From: Clostridia bacterium
GTDB lineage: Bacteria > Bacillota > Clostridia > TANB77 > CAG-508
Direction of reading: 5' to 3'
Assembly: GCA_051891395.1 (NCBI GenBank)
Contig: JBJFFC010000005.1
Location: forward strand, 1,141-65,140
DNA: 64,000 nucleotides
Within the stretch, counting starts at the first letter, position 1, and each line of letters begins with the position of its first letter. The notes under the pieces are model-generated. The model was not told the DNA's origin. It did not search any database and worked only from the letters and a program-made list of their open reading frames with translations. Made by a program: the position numbers and the translations under genes. Positions 38,773 through 48,100 of this stretch are shown here, piece by piece.

Positions 38773-39595
38773 ACTCTATTTTTGAATTAAAAGCCAACAC
38801 ACTTTCAAAAATTGGAGCAAATAGTAATAATCCAAATCCAAATAAAGCACCTTTTCCAAAATTCTTGGCTAATAAGAATCGTTTCATAATTGCAATTACT
38901 ATCATAGCTATCCATCCCAATACTGGTACAAACCAAAGTAATATTAGCCATGGTGATAATCCACATATTTGATACATCACAATTTGTCTATATAAAGGTA
39001 TAATAGCCGCAAATCCATGTTTTCCAGCTTTCTTATATACGATCCATCTAAGAATTGTACCATAAACAAATAACACTACAATTACTACTAAAATAGTTCT
39101 TACGATCTGATTTGCTAATAATAATTTTATTGCTATTTCAATCTTTTTTTCTGTTGGTGTTTCTTGCACAATTTCTTTTACCACCTGATTTGGTGTATAT
39201 CCTGCATCCAGTTTTTCTTTTACACTGTCAAAATCTATATCTTCTTCAATAATCTCTCTTACACTATCTTTATCTGTAGTTTTTAATAATTCTTGTCCTG
39301 CTCCTATTACCTCTTCACTAACACCTTGCTCTTTTATTTCCTCCTTATGTTCTTCTAGTACATTAGCTAATTCCTCATTGGTATAATTTTTACTTAACTC
39401 ATCATAGGCTTTTAAAACTTCCTCTTTCGTTATATTATTCACATCGATATTTTGAGCATAATACTCCGCTTGTTCCTTTAACATTTCTTCCTTTGTAGTA
39501 GTCGCTTCCACTTGATTGAATAAATTTAAAGTTATGATAATAATGGATATCAATAATATAGTTACTATATTTTTTCTACTTTTTCTTTGTTTCAT
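38759..39595 (-). CDS. Membrane protein with a C-terminal DUF5684-like domain
   Basis: Signal/TM helix, an acidic helical region, and a C-terminal KAGKHGFAAIIP...GLSPW... multi-TM segment. Confidence 0.55.
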   Translation of the reverse strand: MKQRKSRKNIVTILLISIIIITLNLFNQVEATTTKEEMLKEQAEYYAQNIDVNNITKEEVLKAYDELSKNYTNEELANVLEEHKEEIKEQGVSEEVIGAGQELLKTTDKDSVREIIEEDIDFDSVKEKLDAGYTPNQVVKEIVQETPTEKKIEIAIKLLLANQIVRTILVVIVVLFVYGTILRWIVYKKAGKHGFAAIIPLYRQIVMYQICGLSPWLILLWFVPVLGWIAMIVIAIMKRFLLAKNFGKGALFGFGLLLFAPIFESVLAFNSKIEYEGE

Positions 39596-40432
39596 CTTTA
39601 TTCACCTCTTTTAATATTTCATAAAATCTTTCTTTTTTCTTTTCAGAATTTTGAGAATCGATAAACTCTATAATTCCTTTTTCTTTTTGGTCTAAATCCT
39701 CACATTTCAATATTTCTTTTAAGTGTTTTGCCAAATTGGGAGCACCGTTAAAAAACATAATATGTTCTCCTAAAACCTCTTTAATTTCGTTTTGAATTAA
39801 CGGATAGTGGGTACAACCGAAGTACTACGTTTCCTACTTTTCCTTTATAGCTACTTAATTTTTCTTTTAAATATTTTTTTATTTTTTCTTTGTTTCCTTC
39901 TTCTATTATATCAGCCAATCCAACACATTCCAATAACTCTGTCTTATGATTATCATATTTATGATATAACATATTGAATTTTTCACTTTCTATTGTTCCT
40001 TTTGTCGCCATCACTAAAGTTGGATTATGATAAGCATAGTCATATACCATTTTATAAGCTGGTTCTATTGCTACAAAAGGGATTCCGCATGTATTTTTTT
40101 CTTAAATAAGAAACGGCTTTGGCACTTGCTGTATTACAAGCAATAACAATAGCTTTACAATTTCGTTTGAGCAAATATTGCACAATGTTATCACATATTT
40201 CTAAAATTTCTTTATCTGTTTTATCACCATATGGATTATTCTTTGAATCACTATAATATATATAATCTTCATTTGGCAGTATTTTTAAAATCTCTTTTAA
40301 GACAGTTACTCCTCCAATTCCTGAGTCAAATACTCCAACACTTCTTATTGTAGATTTTTTAATTGTTTGAGCTTGTTCGTTATCGTTAAGATATGAAACA
40401 TACATTTCTGAAGGGACATTCTTTTCTTTCAT
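39576..40432 (-). pseudogene. murI: Glutamate racemase MurI, frame broken twice, each at an in-frame CGG (pseudogene or +1 recoded)
   Basis: The pieces are ...GVFDSGIGGVTVLKEI...IVIACNTASAKAVSYLRKKYM | GIPFVAIEPAYKMV...GNVVL | GCTHYPLIQNEIKEVLGEHIMFFNGAPNLA.... Shifts occur at fwd 40085-40087 and 39817-39819. Confidence 0.85.
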
Positions 40433-40443
40433 TTTTTCTCCTA

Positions 40444-41187
40444 TTAATCTATTTTATTTTCGACTTTTTCCTTTATTTTCTTAATTTTCACCTTGATATC
40501 TTTCAAATTTGGATAAGCATTCACTAATCTTCTATGTAGCCAAGATTTCTTTCTTAAAACATCTTTTACTCTTTCTGTTATTTCTTCTGTATTATCTTTT
40601 ATTAATTTACTTCCTTCCACATTAATACTTGCTATAACATTCGATGAAATTGCATTATCTACGATAAATACAATAAACAATGTCGCTGTTATAATATGAA
40701 GAATTATTTGTGGTATTGTTTCAAAGAAATGAAGTAATAATGGATTTGTAACATACATAATGATTACTCCTAATATTCCAAAGGGTATTAAAGTTTCTAA
40801 ACAAATACGTCCATTAATATTAAACTTTTTATTGCTATAATCCCACCATCTTGCGTGATACTTTTTCTCCATAAAATAACTCGTAAAATATTCTATAATA
40901 GAGCAAACTATCATAGACATTACAAATAATACTAAAATATCGTATGTATATCTTTTTAGCAACACCGTTATCGCAATTGCTCCCCAACCATATATTGGGC
41001 AATATGGTCCAATTAGAAATCCTCGGTTGATAAATTTTCTTGTCTGTATGAGCTTACATATTACCTCCATACACCATCCTAAAAAAGCATATGACATGAA
41101 TAATAAAAAATATATTTCAATAGTATGTATCATTTTTTGCTCCTTATATTTTTTTACCATTATATCTCTATTTTTTTTATATAGCAA
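40444..41187 (-). CDS. Polytopic membrane protein (putative ABC-transporter type IV / DUF1113-like)
   Basis: The likely start is MIHTIEIYFLLF (about 41133), with 6 TM helices and the motifs GW..E and GPY.P.YG. Confidence 0.5.
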   Translation of the reverse strand: MLYKKNRDIMVKKYKEQKMIHTIEIYFLLFMSYAFLGWCMEVICKLIQTRKFINRGFLIGPYCPIYGWGAIAITVLLKRYTYDILVLFVMSMIVCSIIEYFTSYFMEKKYHARWWDYSNKKFNINGRICLETLIPFGILGVIIMYVTNPLLLHFFETIPQIILHIITATLFIVFIVDNAISSNVIASINVEGSKLIKDNTEEITERVKDVLRKKSWLHRRLVNAYPNLKDIKVKIKKIKEKVENKID

Positions 41188-41243
41188 TACATCGCCATCA
41201 AAAAAACATTACATCCCTACTTCTATCGGATAAAATTTCAAAA

Positions 41244-41276
41244 ATCTGAGAACATTTTTATTTGTCCTCAGATTTC
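41244..41276 (-). terminator. Rho-independent terminator
   Basis: atctgagaaca-ttttta-tttgtcctcagat hairpin with flanking A and T runs, downstream of the flavoprotein gene. Confidence 0.65.
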
Positions 41277-41280
41277 AAAT

Positions 41281-41901
41281 TTATCGAATAAAATTAGTAG
41301 ACACAATAGCTTCATTTTCTGGCAATTTTACTCCAGCTTTTTTTCCAGCTTCTATTGATTTCAATAGCCAAGCCATATTATTTCCTAAAGTCCTCATCGT
41401 TTGCATTCCTTCTTCGTCTTTTAAAACTTCTTCTGGTTTATTTCCATGTACCATATTCCAATATTGTGAAGAAACAACTGGCATATTACTAATTCCAAAA
41501 TATTTATTTACTTCATCCAAAGTTGCTGTCGCTCCTCCTCTTCTGCAACTCGCAACTGCTGCACCTAGCTTATTACTGAATAAATTTCTTCTCCCATAAA
41601 AAACTCGGTCCATAAAAGAAGATAACATTCCTGAACTTGCCGCAAAATGAACTGGTGTCCCAAAGACAAATCCATCTGCTTCTGGAACTTTTGCTAAGAA
41701 CTCATTTACTTTATCCTCCATAAAGCATTTTCCTGTTTTTAAACAACTACCACAACCAATACACCCAGATATTGGCTTATTTCCTAACTGGAAGATCTCT
41801 GTTTCAATTCCATTTTGATTTAAACTTCCTTCTACTTCTTTTAAAGCTGTATACGTACACCCCTTTGGATGTGGACTTCCATTTACTAATATTACTTTCA
41901 C
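41281..41901 (-). CDS. Flavodoxin-like FMN reductase / iron-sulfur flavoprotein
   Basis: MKVILVNGSPH..G, a Cys cluster (CIGCGSCLKTGKC), and TPVHF. 206 aa. Confidence 0.75.
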   Translation of the reverse strand: MKVILVNGSPHPKGCTYTALKEVEGSLNQNGIETEIFQLGNKPISGCIGCGSCLKTGKCFMEDKVNEFLAKVPEADGFVFGTPVHFAASSGMLSSFMDRVFYGRRNLFSNKLGAAVASCRRGGATATLDEVNKYFGISNMPVVSSQYWNMVHGNKPEEVLKDEEGMQTMRTLGNNMAWLLKSIEAGKKAGVKLPENEAIVSTNFIR

Positions 41902-42023
41902 TTTTCTCTCTCCCTTCTTTCTTTTATCATTATATTACTTTTTTTATAAATTGCCAATACTGAATTCAACTTGCAGTTCCTTGACTTTATTAACATTTTG
42001 TTATACCTATCGATGGGTGATTT

Positions 42024-43484
42024 TTATATATTTTTAATATTTTTCTTTTTGAAAACAATAAAAGTTGTTATTATCATAATTAAGAAATATATTGCACATA
42101 CACTGGCTGAAAAACCTGCTGTCATTCCTTCCATCATAGGTAAATTACCAAATAAATACTGACTAAAATCCCAGTTTGGTGTAACAAAATATTTCATAAA
42201 AGTTACATTGTATTGTACAAATAGCAAATTAATCACTTCTGTCCCCATATAACCAAGTAACGGAAGGGCAATTGCTACTGCTGAATTTGTAAATATTGTA
42301 CTAAATGCAAATGCTAAGGTTGCTAGTAATATGATAATTGGTAATTGAGTTACTAAGTTAATTCCTAAATAAACAAAAATATTCATCGTTTCTAATGTAT
42401 TGGTATTAAAGTTGTATTCTAATACTGGAACTGATAGACTATCAAACCCGAATATAATTCCTCCTACAATCAATTCCATTCCTACCACAGCTACGATAGA
42501 AAATGCTATCATAATTAGCATAGTAATAAATTTGGCAAGTAAAATTTTATTTCTACTATATGGTTTTACTAGCAATAATTTAATGGTTCCTTTATTAAAT
42601 TCTTCACTAACGATAGTTCCAGCTATCATAATTACCATAACGATAATAAATAATCCGTATTCCCCAAAAAAGTTCTTTAAGATTCCTCTTATATCATTAC
42701 TTTTATTAATATCTACACCGTTTTCGATAATATATTTACTAACTTCTTTATCTTCTATACTTGAACGATATTCACGTTTTTCTGCATAAGTTAATTCTTG
42801 ATTGGCATTTTTCATTTGTCCTATATTTTTACTTTCATTTTGATATCTAGTTAACGCTTCATTTCTATAGTCATTTCCATACTTAATATTTTTATCAATA
42901 CGATATTTTGCTACTTCTAAATCAATCTTTGCACTTTTTAAGGATGCTTCTATGTTTTCTAGTTCTTGTTTATCTTCTGTATTTCTCTGCTCTTCTTCCA
43001 AAGTTTTTAGCATTTCTTCTGCACTTTTCAATTCTTCGTTTGCAAAATATTGCCAATCATCATTTTCTAACTTTTGGCTAATTTCGTTAATTCGTTCTTC
43101 TACTTCTTTTGCTTTTTGCTCATCTTTCTCTGTTCCATATAAATAAGTATTTTTTTCATTTATGTAAGTAGCAAGATTGGAATTTATAATTTCTCTTTGC
43201 CAAGCTTCTTTATCATATTTTCCCATCATATCATAGATATCTAGTTGTGTTTTCAAGTCAATATACATTTGTGTATCACTTGGTTTGTTTGGATCTAATT
43301 TAGCTATCTCTTGCTTTGTATATTCAATATAGCTATCACTATAATAAGAATAACTTGCATCATGATAAAAGTATTTATAAATGCAATTGGTTAAAATAAC
43401 AAAGGCCAAAATGACTAGCAAAGTGATATAAATTCCTTTTTTCTTAAATATTTTGGTTAATTCATTTTTTATTAAACTACTCAA
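42024..43484 (-). CDS. ABC-2 type transporter permease with a large extracytoplasmic coiled-coil loop
   Basis: N-terminal TM helix, about 230 aa of charged helical region, and 5 C-terminal TM helices. Its start overlaps the ATPase gene stop. Confidence 0.7.
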   Translation of the reverse strand: MSSLIKNELTKIFKKKGIYITLLVILAFVILTNCIYKYFYHDASYSYYSDSYIEYTKQEIAKLDPNKPSDTQMYIDLKTQLDIYDMMGKYDKEAWQREIINSNLATYINEKNTYLYGTEKDEQKAKEVEERINEISQKLENDDWQYFANEELKSAEEMLKTLEEEQRNTEDKQELENIEASLKSAKIDLEVAKYRIDKNIKYGNDYRNEALTRYQNESKNIGQMKNANQELTYAEKREYRSSIEDKEVSKYIIENGVDINKSNDIRGILKNFFGEYGLFIIVMVIMIAGTIVSEEFNKGTIKLLLVKPYSRNKILLAKFITMLIMIAFSIVAVVGMELIVGGIIFGFDSLSVPVLEYNFNTNTLETMNIFVYLGINLVTQLPIIILLATLAFAFSTIFTNSAVAIALPLLGYMGTEVINLLFVQYNVTFMKYFVTPNWDFSQYLFGNLPMMEGMTAGFSASVCAIYFLIMIITTFIVFKKKNIKNI

Positions 43485-44386
43485 TTATGTTCCCTCCTGT
43501 CTTTTCGAAAAATGCTTCTTCTAATGATTTTTCTTCTTCTTTAATCCCATAAATCAAAATATCATTATCTACTAATTTCTTAACTACCTCTGGTATTTTT
43601 TCTTTTTTCACATTTAACTTGAATTGATTTTGACCAATTACTACCACTTCTGGCAACCATTTTCTTATTTCATCGGTACGATTTACTTCAAAAATTTTAT
43701 ATTCTGAATCCGCTTCTTTTTTGATTTCTTCAATTCCACTTGTTTCAATAATTTCGCCATTTTTTATAATACATACTTTACTACACAAATTATCTAATTC
43801 AGCTAAATTATGGCTGGATATCAGGATTGCCATTTTCTCTTTTTTTGCCAAATCTAGTAGCAATTCTCTCATTTCCTTAATTCCTTCTGGATCTAAACCA
43901 TTGGTTGGCTCATCTAAAATTAATAAAGATGGTTTGTGTAAAATCGCCTGTGCAATCCCTAATCTTTGTCTCATTCCTAAAGAATATTTTGATACATTAT
44001 CCTCAATTCTATTTTCTAGTTTTACTAATTTTATTACTTCGTCAATTCTTTTTTTATCAATTCCTTGATATAAATTAGCAATTAATTTTAAGTTTTCATA
44101 TCCTGATAAATACATGTATAAATCTGGATTTTCTACGATAGCTCCTACTTTTCCAATTGCTTTGGTGAATTGCTTTTCAATATCAAATCCATTGATAAGA
44201 ACTTTTCCTTCTGTAATACTTTGAAGACCAAGTATTAACTTGATAGTGGTGGTCTTTCCGTGCTCCATTTGGTCCAATAAATCCTAAAATATCTCCTTCA
44301 AAAACTTCAAAGGATACATCTTTTAGAATTCGTTTTTTGCCGAATTTCTTATTCAATTTTTCACATTTTAAAATTGGCTTCTCCAT
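43477..44386 (-). pseudogene. ABC transporter ATP-binding protein, frame broken once inside Walker A at an in-frame CGG (pseudogene or +1 recoded)
   Basis: The pieces are [42 protein letters not shown] | [12 protein letters not shown]...LGMRQRLG...LLILDEPTNGLD. The shift is at fwd 44258-44260. Confidence 0.85.
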
Positions 44387-44529
44387 TTTCTTCCTCCTCT
44401 TATTTTTTTCTTTATTTTACCATAAAGATATAGAAAAAGTATATTGATTTTTTCTTAATATTTTGTGAAGAATTTATTAAAGAGAATAAATTGCCAGTAA
44501 GTATATTAAATAAAAGTATTGGATAAAAA

Positions 44530-44566
44530 CTAAAAAAACCTAAAAAATGATTTTTTCATTTTTAGG
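44530..44566 (-). terminator. Rho-independent terminator after tRNA-Ser(CGA)
   Basis: cctaaaaaatga/tcatttttagg hairpin followed by a U run on the minus strand. Confidence 0.75.
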
Positions 44567-44573
44567 CTCTTTT

Positions 44574-44662
44574 TGGCGGAGCAGGTGGGATTCGAACCCA
44601 CGGGCCCTTTCGGACTACCTGATTTCGAGTCAGGCTCGTTATGACCACTTCGATACTGCTCC
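44574..44662 (-). tRNA. tRNA-Ser (anticodon CGA), CCA encoded
   Basis: Minus strand GGAGCAG-TA-TCGA...CGAG-CCTGA-CTCGAAA-TCAGG, a long variable arm, GTGGG-TTCGAAT-CCCAC, then CTGCTCC-GCCA. Cloverleaf folded by eye. Confidence 0.9.
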
Positions 44663-44789
44663 AAATAATTTTACTTAACTATTTTATTAAATCTTTTCCT
44701 TTTTTTCAAGTACTTTTTCTAATTAAGTTGCACATATTATTTTTCTTTCGTTTCATTTTTACCTTTTTTCAATTTTATCTCCGTTCATT

Positions 44790-45041
44790 TTATAACTCAT
44801 ATATATTAGCTTTTAATATTACTTTTGATATTTTACTTTTTTCCTTCAATGAGATTTCCCATGTACTTCCAACAATAGATTTTTTTATCTTGTATTCATT
44901 TGTTGGTTTTCCTAACAGTTTATTTAATTGTTTTTGCAGTTGTACTTTATTTGTGTATATTGATAATTTATTCTCTGAATATAATACATTTATTATTGTT
45001 TCCATTTCTGATTTATTTGGTTCTTTATATATTTTTCCCAT
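44790..45041 (-). CDS. Hypothetical small basic protein (83 aa) between two tRNA-Ser genes
   Basis: ATG at 45039-45041, 5 nt after GGAGA. Translation is MGKIYKEPNKSEMETIINVLYSENKLSIYTNKVQLQKQLNKLLGKPTNEY.... I recognise no family. Confidence 0.4.
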   Translation of the reverse strand: MGKIYKEPNKSEMETIINVLYSENKLSIYTNKVQLQKQLNKLLGKPTNEYKIKKSIVGSTWEISLKEKSKISKVILKANIYEL

Positions 45042-45165
45042 AATATTCTCCAATTCTACTCTGCCTAATTTTTTTAATCTTTTGTAGCTCTTATTTTCAT
45101 TTTTCTCACCTTAATACTCTTTCTAAAAATATAGTAGCCTTCAAAGATACGAAAGCTACTTTATA

Positions 45166-45257
45166 TGGCGGAGTGAGTGGGATTCGAACCCACGGGCCGG
45201 GATTACCGACTACTACAGTTCCAGTGTAGCTCGTTATGACCACTTCGATACCACTCC
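45166..45257 (-). tRNA. tRNA-Ser (anticodon GGA), CCA encoded
   Basis: Minus strand GGAGTGG...CTACA-CTGGAAC-TGTAG, a long variable arm, a TTCGAAT T-loop, then CACTCC-GCCA. Folded by eye. Confidence 0.9.
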
Positions 45258-45433
45258 ATTTCGATAATTTATTATACACTATTTCCTTTCAAAACACAAC
45301 CTTGCTACCTTACATTTTTTCACGAAATGGAATAAAAGCTATTTCTAATATTAATATATACATTATATAAGATTTAAGTCTATCAGACAAGCAAATATTT
45401 AGATTTTTCTCATAAAATAGAGAAGGTGATTTT

Positions 45434-46057
45434 ATGTTTAGAGTTGAGAAAAAAGTAATTAAAAATGAATTAGAATATAAAGGAAATGTAATTGTAACAT
45501 ATGAAATCGAATATCCTCAAATTTTTTCTAATTATTATGATACAAGTTATTTTAATACTATGAATCTAAATAAAGCTTTAGCACTTGAAAAATATGCAAA
45601 AGACACTTTATTTTCAGATAGTAAAATACAATATGATTATAATGTTGCTAATGGGTATCCTATTATGGTTTATGAATTGGTTTTCAAGTATACAATTACT
45701 TATAATCAAGCACCAATCATAAGCTTGTATCAAGATGAATATGTCTTTACAGGAGGTGCTCATGGCTCTACTGTTAGAACTTCACAAAACTGGAATTTAG
45801 AATATAATGCACAATTTACTTTAAATGACGTATATAGCAATCAACCTGATTATCTTCTTTTTATTTTAAGAGAAATTAATACCCAAATTCAAGAAAAAGG
45901 AGTTGATTTCTTTTTTGATGATTATTGTTCTTTAGTTTTAGAAACTTTCAATCCTCATCAATTTTATCTAACTCCTAATTATGTTGTTATTTATTTTCAA
46001 CAATATGATATTGCACCTTATTCTACTGGTATTCCAACTTTTGAGATTAGCTATTAA
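45434..46057 (+). CDS. DUF4163/DUF3298 domain protein (RsiV/PdaC C-terminal-like)
   Basis: Contains the characteristic ...YVFTGGAHG... motif. 207 aa with no signal peptide seen. Confidence 0.65.
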   Translation: MFRVEKKVIKNELEYKGNVIVTYEIEYPQIFSNYYDTSYFNTMNLNKALALEKYAKDTLFSDSKIQYDYNVANGYPIMVYELVFKYTITYNQAPIISLYQDEYVFTGGAHGSTVRTSQNWNLEYNAQFTLNDVYSNQPDYLLFILREINTQIQEKGVDFFFDDYCSLVLETFNPHQFYLTPNYVVIYFQQYDIAPYSTGIPTFEISY

Positions 46058-46116
46058 TAGCTGGTCTCTATCCATTTTAGGATTATTTATCGTACCCTTC
46101 TTTTAGCAAAATAAAA

Positions 46117-47037
46117 TTATTTTTTAATCAATAATCTTCTTGCATCTTTTCTTTTAAATACTTCTTGTATGTTATTTGAAATAAGTTCTTTATATGCATA
46201 TGGTTTTCTATATGTATCTCCTTGAAACTCTCTTTTTCTATAATCTCTAATTTTAGATAAATTAAATTCAGCAATCCCTATAGCTTCTTTTTCATCCATC
46301 ATTATTATTTCATTATCACATTCTTCCCTATTAATATTTCTAATTATTGGACTATAGGCAGATGATCTTCCTTTAAGATTTGCATAATTTACAGTTACAA
46401 TCCCTATCATGTTTTCATATGCTCTTACCTTTAATTGATCTAATCTAATATTTGTCATAAGACATGCATTGGGAACTAATACTATTTCAGCTCCCTTTAT
46501 CATTAATATCCTTGCACTTTCTGGAAATTCCCTATCATAGCATATCATAGCTCCAATATTAACTCTTCCCCTACCATAATCTAATACAGCTGTTTTAAAT
46601 TCTCTCCCTGGCTCCGTAAAAATCTCTTCCTTAAAATCAACTGTATGGACCTTAGCATATTTCAGTATAATTTCTCCCCTTCTATCAATTATCATAACAG
46701 TATTCTGTGGCATTCCCTTAGTTTTCTCTAAATAGGTAATTGCTATCGCCATTTTTAATTCTTTTGCTAAACTTATAAATGTTTCTATATATTCACTCGA
46801 GTCATCTATCGCTTTGTTTTGCCATTCCCTTACTTTGTTCATATCCAAATTTTTCTGATTTTCTAAAAAGCCCTTAAATAATCTCTCATATCCATTACTC
46901 CACATTTCTGGAAATACAGCAATATCTGCACCTCCTATTTTAGCTTCTTTACAGAATTCCACTCCCTTTTCTATATTTTTCTTTATATCACTACTTCTTT
47001 CCATTTGTAAAATTGCTACCTTAAATATCTCTTCCAT
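46117..47037 (-). CDS. Carbon-nitrogen hydrolase (nitrilase superfamily)
   Basis: Glu-Lys-Cys triad context: FPEMW, YAKVH and MICYDREFPE. Confidence 0.8.
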   Translation of the reverse strand: MEEIFKVAILQMERSSDIKKNIEKGVEFCKEAKIGGADIAVFPEMWSNGYERLFKGFLENQKNLDMNKVREWQNKAIDDSSEYIETFISLAKELKMAIAITYLEKTKGMPQNTVMIIDRRGEIILKYAKVHTVDFKEEIFTEPGREFKTAVLDYGRGRVNIGAMICYDREFPESARILMIKGAEIVLVPNACLMTNIRLDQLKVRAYENMIGIVTVNYANLKGRSSAYSPIIRNINREECDNEIIMMDEKEAIGIAEFNLSKIRDYRKREFQGDTYRKPYAYKELISNNIQEVFKRKDARRLLIKK

Positions 47038-47086
47038 TATAACCTCACTTATAGTATATTTTATAAATTCATATCTCCAACTTAAT

Positions 47087-47575
47087 TCAATTGCCCCAAT
47101 TTTTTTCGTTTCTCAAATCAGAAGCTATAAATTGTTCAATATATTTTGAATTTAATTTATAATTTTCTCTTATTCTTGTTGAACTAATCGGAATTATTTT
47201 TCTTTCTAAATCAACAATCCTATTTTCTATATTTAAATAATCTGCAACCTTTTCACCATATAATTCGCTACTATAGAAATGAGTTACAGGAATATCTTTT
47301 ATTATGTTTGATAAATATTTCATTTGAATATCTATGCTTTTTTTATCCAGTCCATATTGTTTAGGACTATTAAAAGCATAAAGAATATATACATCTGGAT
47401 ATAATGTTTTTATCCAACTTGCTCTTTCTTTTACACTGATATCAATAATATCTGTATCATACACAACGACGTATACCTCGTCCATTTCTTTTATTGCTGT
47501 TTCGATTACTAGTTGATGTCCTTTATGAAGTGGCGCAAATTTCCCTATGGTAAACCCTATATTTTTATTATACAT
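47087..47575 (-). CDS. Cytidylyltransferase-fold protein (NMN adenylyltransferase-like)
   Basis: GKFAPLHKGH (HxGH nucleotidyltransferase motif) and C-terminal ISSTRIR. Confidence 0.7.
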   Translation of the reverse strand: MYNKNIGFTIGKFAPLHKGHQLVIETAIKEMDEVYVVVYDTDIIDISVKERASWIKTLYPDVYILYAFNSPKQYGLDKKSIDIQMKYLSNIIKDIPVTHFYSSELYGEKVADYLNIENRIVDLERKIIPISSTRIRENYKLNSKYIEQFIASDLRNEKNWGN

Positions 47576-47637
47576 TTTTTACTCTATTTCCTATTTTATT
47601 ATTATGACTAACTTTAATAATATTTGTATCTTATCAT

Positions 47638-47672
47638 AAAAGCAAGCAATTATCAAGTAATTACTTGCTTTT
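47638..47672 (-). terminator. Rho-independent terminator of the Yxd/Bce-type operon
   Basis: aaaagcaag...cttgctttt hairpin followed by a U run on the minus strand. Confidence 0.7.
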
Positions 47673-47750
47673 ATCTTTGTTTTGCCAGTTCTGGATTTTT
47701 AGTAGGAACATATTCTGTATAATATCCACCTGCTTTCTGTGGCATTAACT

Positions 47751-48098
47751 CTATTTAGCATAATTTGTTTTGACTTTATCAGGAAGTTCATCATATTGTA
47801 CTTCTTCCCATGCATGAACTCCTGTAGCCATTACTTCTAGTTTTAAATAAGCCTCTTCTCTTAATTCTCTACTTGTTTTAAATTTTATTTCTTTTTTCTT
47901 TCCGTTTTCATTATAACAATCTAAAGTATATTCATATTTCATCTCATCTGATGCAGCAATTTTTTCTATTTTAGTATTATCTATTTGAGTATAGTAAACT
48001 AATTGATGAAACTCTAGGAAATAAAATGCTACTCCCAAAATTACTATGGCGATAACAGCCGCCAGTATTATTGGTATTTTTTCTTTTATATCCTCCAT
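47751..48098 (-). CDS. YxeA-family (DUF1093) small exported protein
   Basis: 115 aa with an N-terminal TM helix, then YYT.I and YEY pattern. It is the last gene after the BceAB-like transporter, as in B. subtilis yxdJKLM-yxeA. Confidence 0.6.
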   Translation of the reverse strand: MEDIKEKIPIILAAVIAIVILGVAFYFLEFHQLVYYTQIDNTKIEKIAASDEMKYEYTLDCYNENGKKKEIKFKTSRELREEAYLKLEVMATGVHAWEEVQYDELPDKVKTNYAK

Positions 48099-48100
48099 TT

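Noticed and set aside
39800-40100. Homopolymer-length errors as a general explanation for the frame breaks
   Set aside because: Only the murI 5' break has a long homopolymer nearby (an A7 run) that could offer an alternative fix. The other 12 junctions have no adjacent run of 4 or more, apart from the ccc/ggg context of the BceB-like permease sites at 49452 and 50050. Several junctions (Walker A, LGCTHYP, PIG) are pinned to the 4 nt NNN-C. The single G-run-type break, at 61541-61548, looks different.
44567-45433. A prophage or integrative element at the tRNA-Ser genes
   Set aside because: There is no integrase, no att-like duplication of a tRNA 3' end, no phage-like genes and no compositional shift. 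Only one small orphan ORF is present.
47673-47750. A 24-codon ORF (MPQKAGGYYTEYVPTKNPELAKQR) just after the yxeA-like stop, in slightly G+C-richer sequence
   Set aside because: It is too short, has no RBS, and lies between the stop codon and the operon terminator. It may be a relic of a longer ancestral C-terminus, but I cannot support that.
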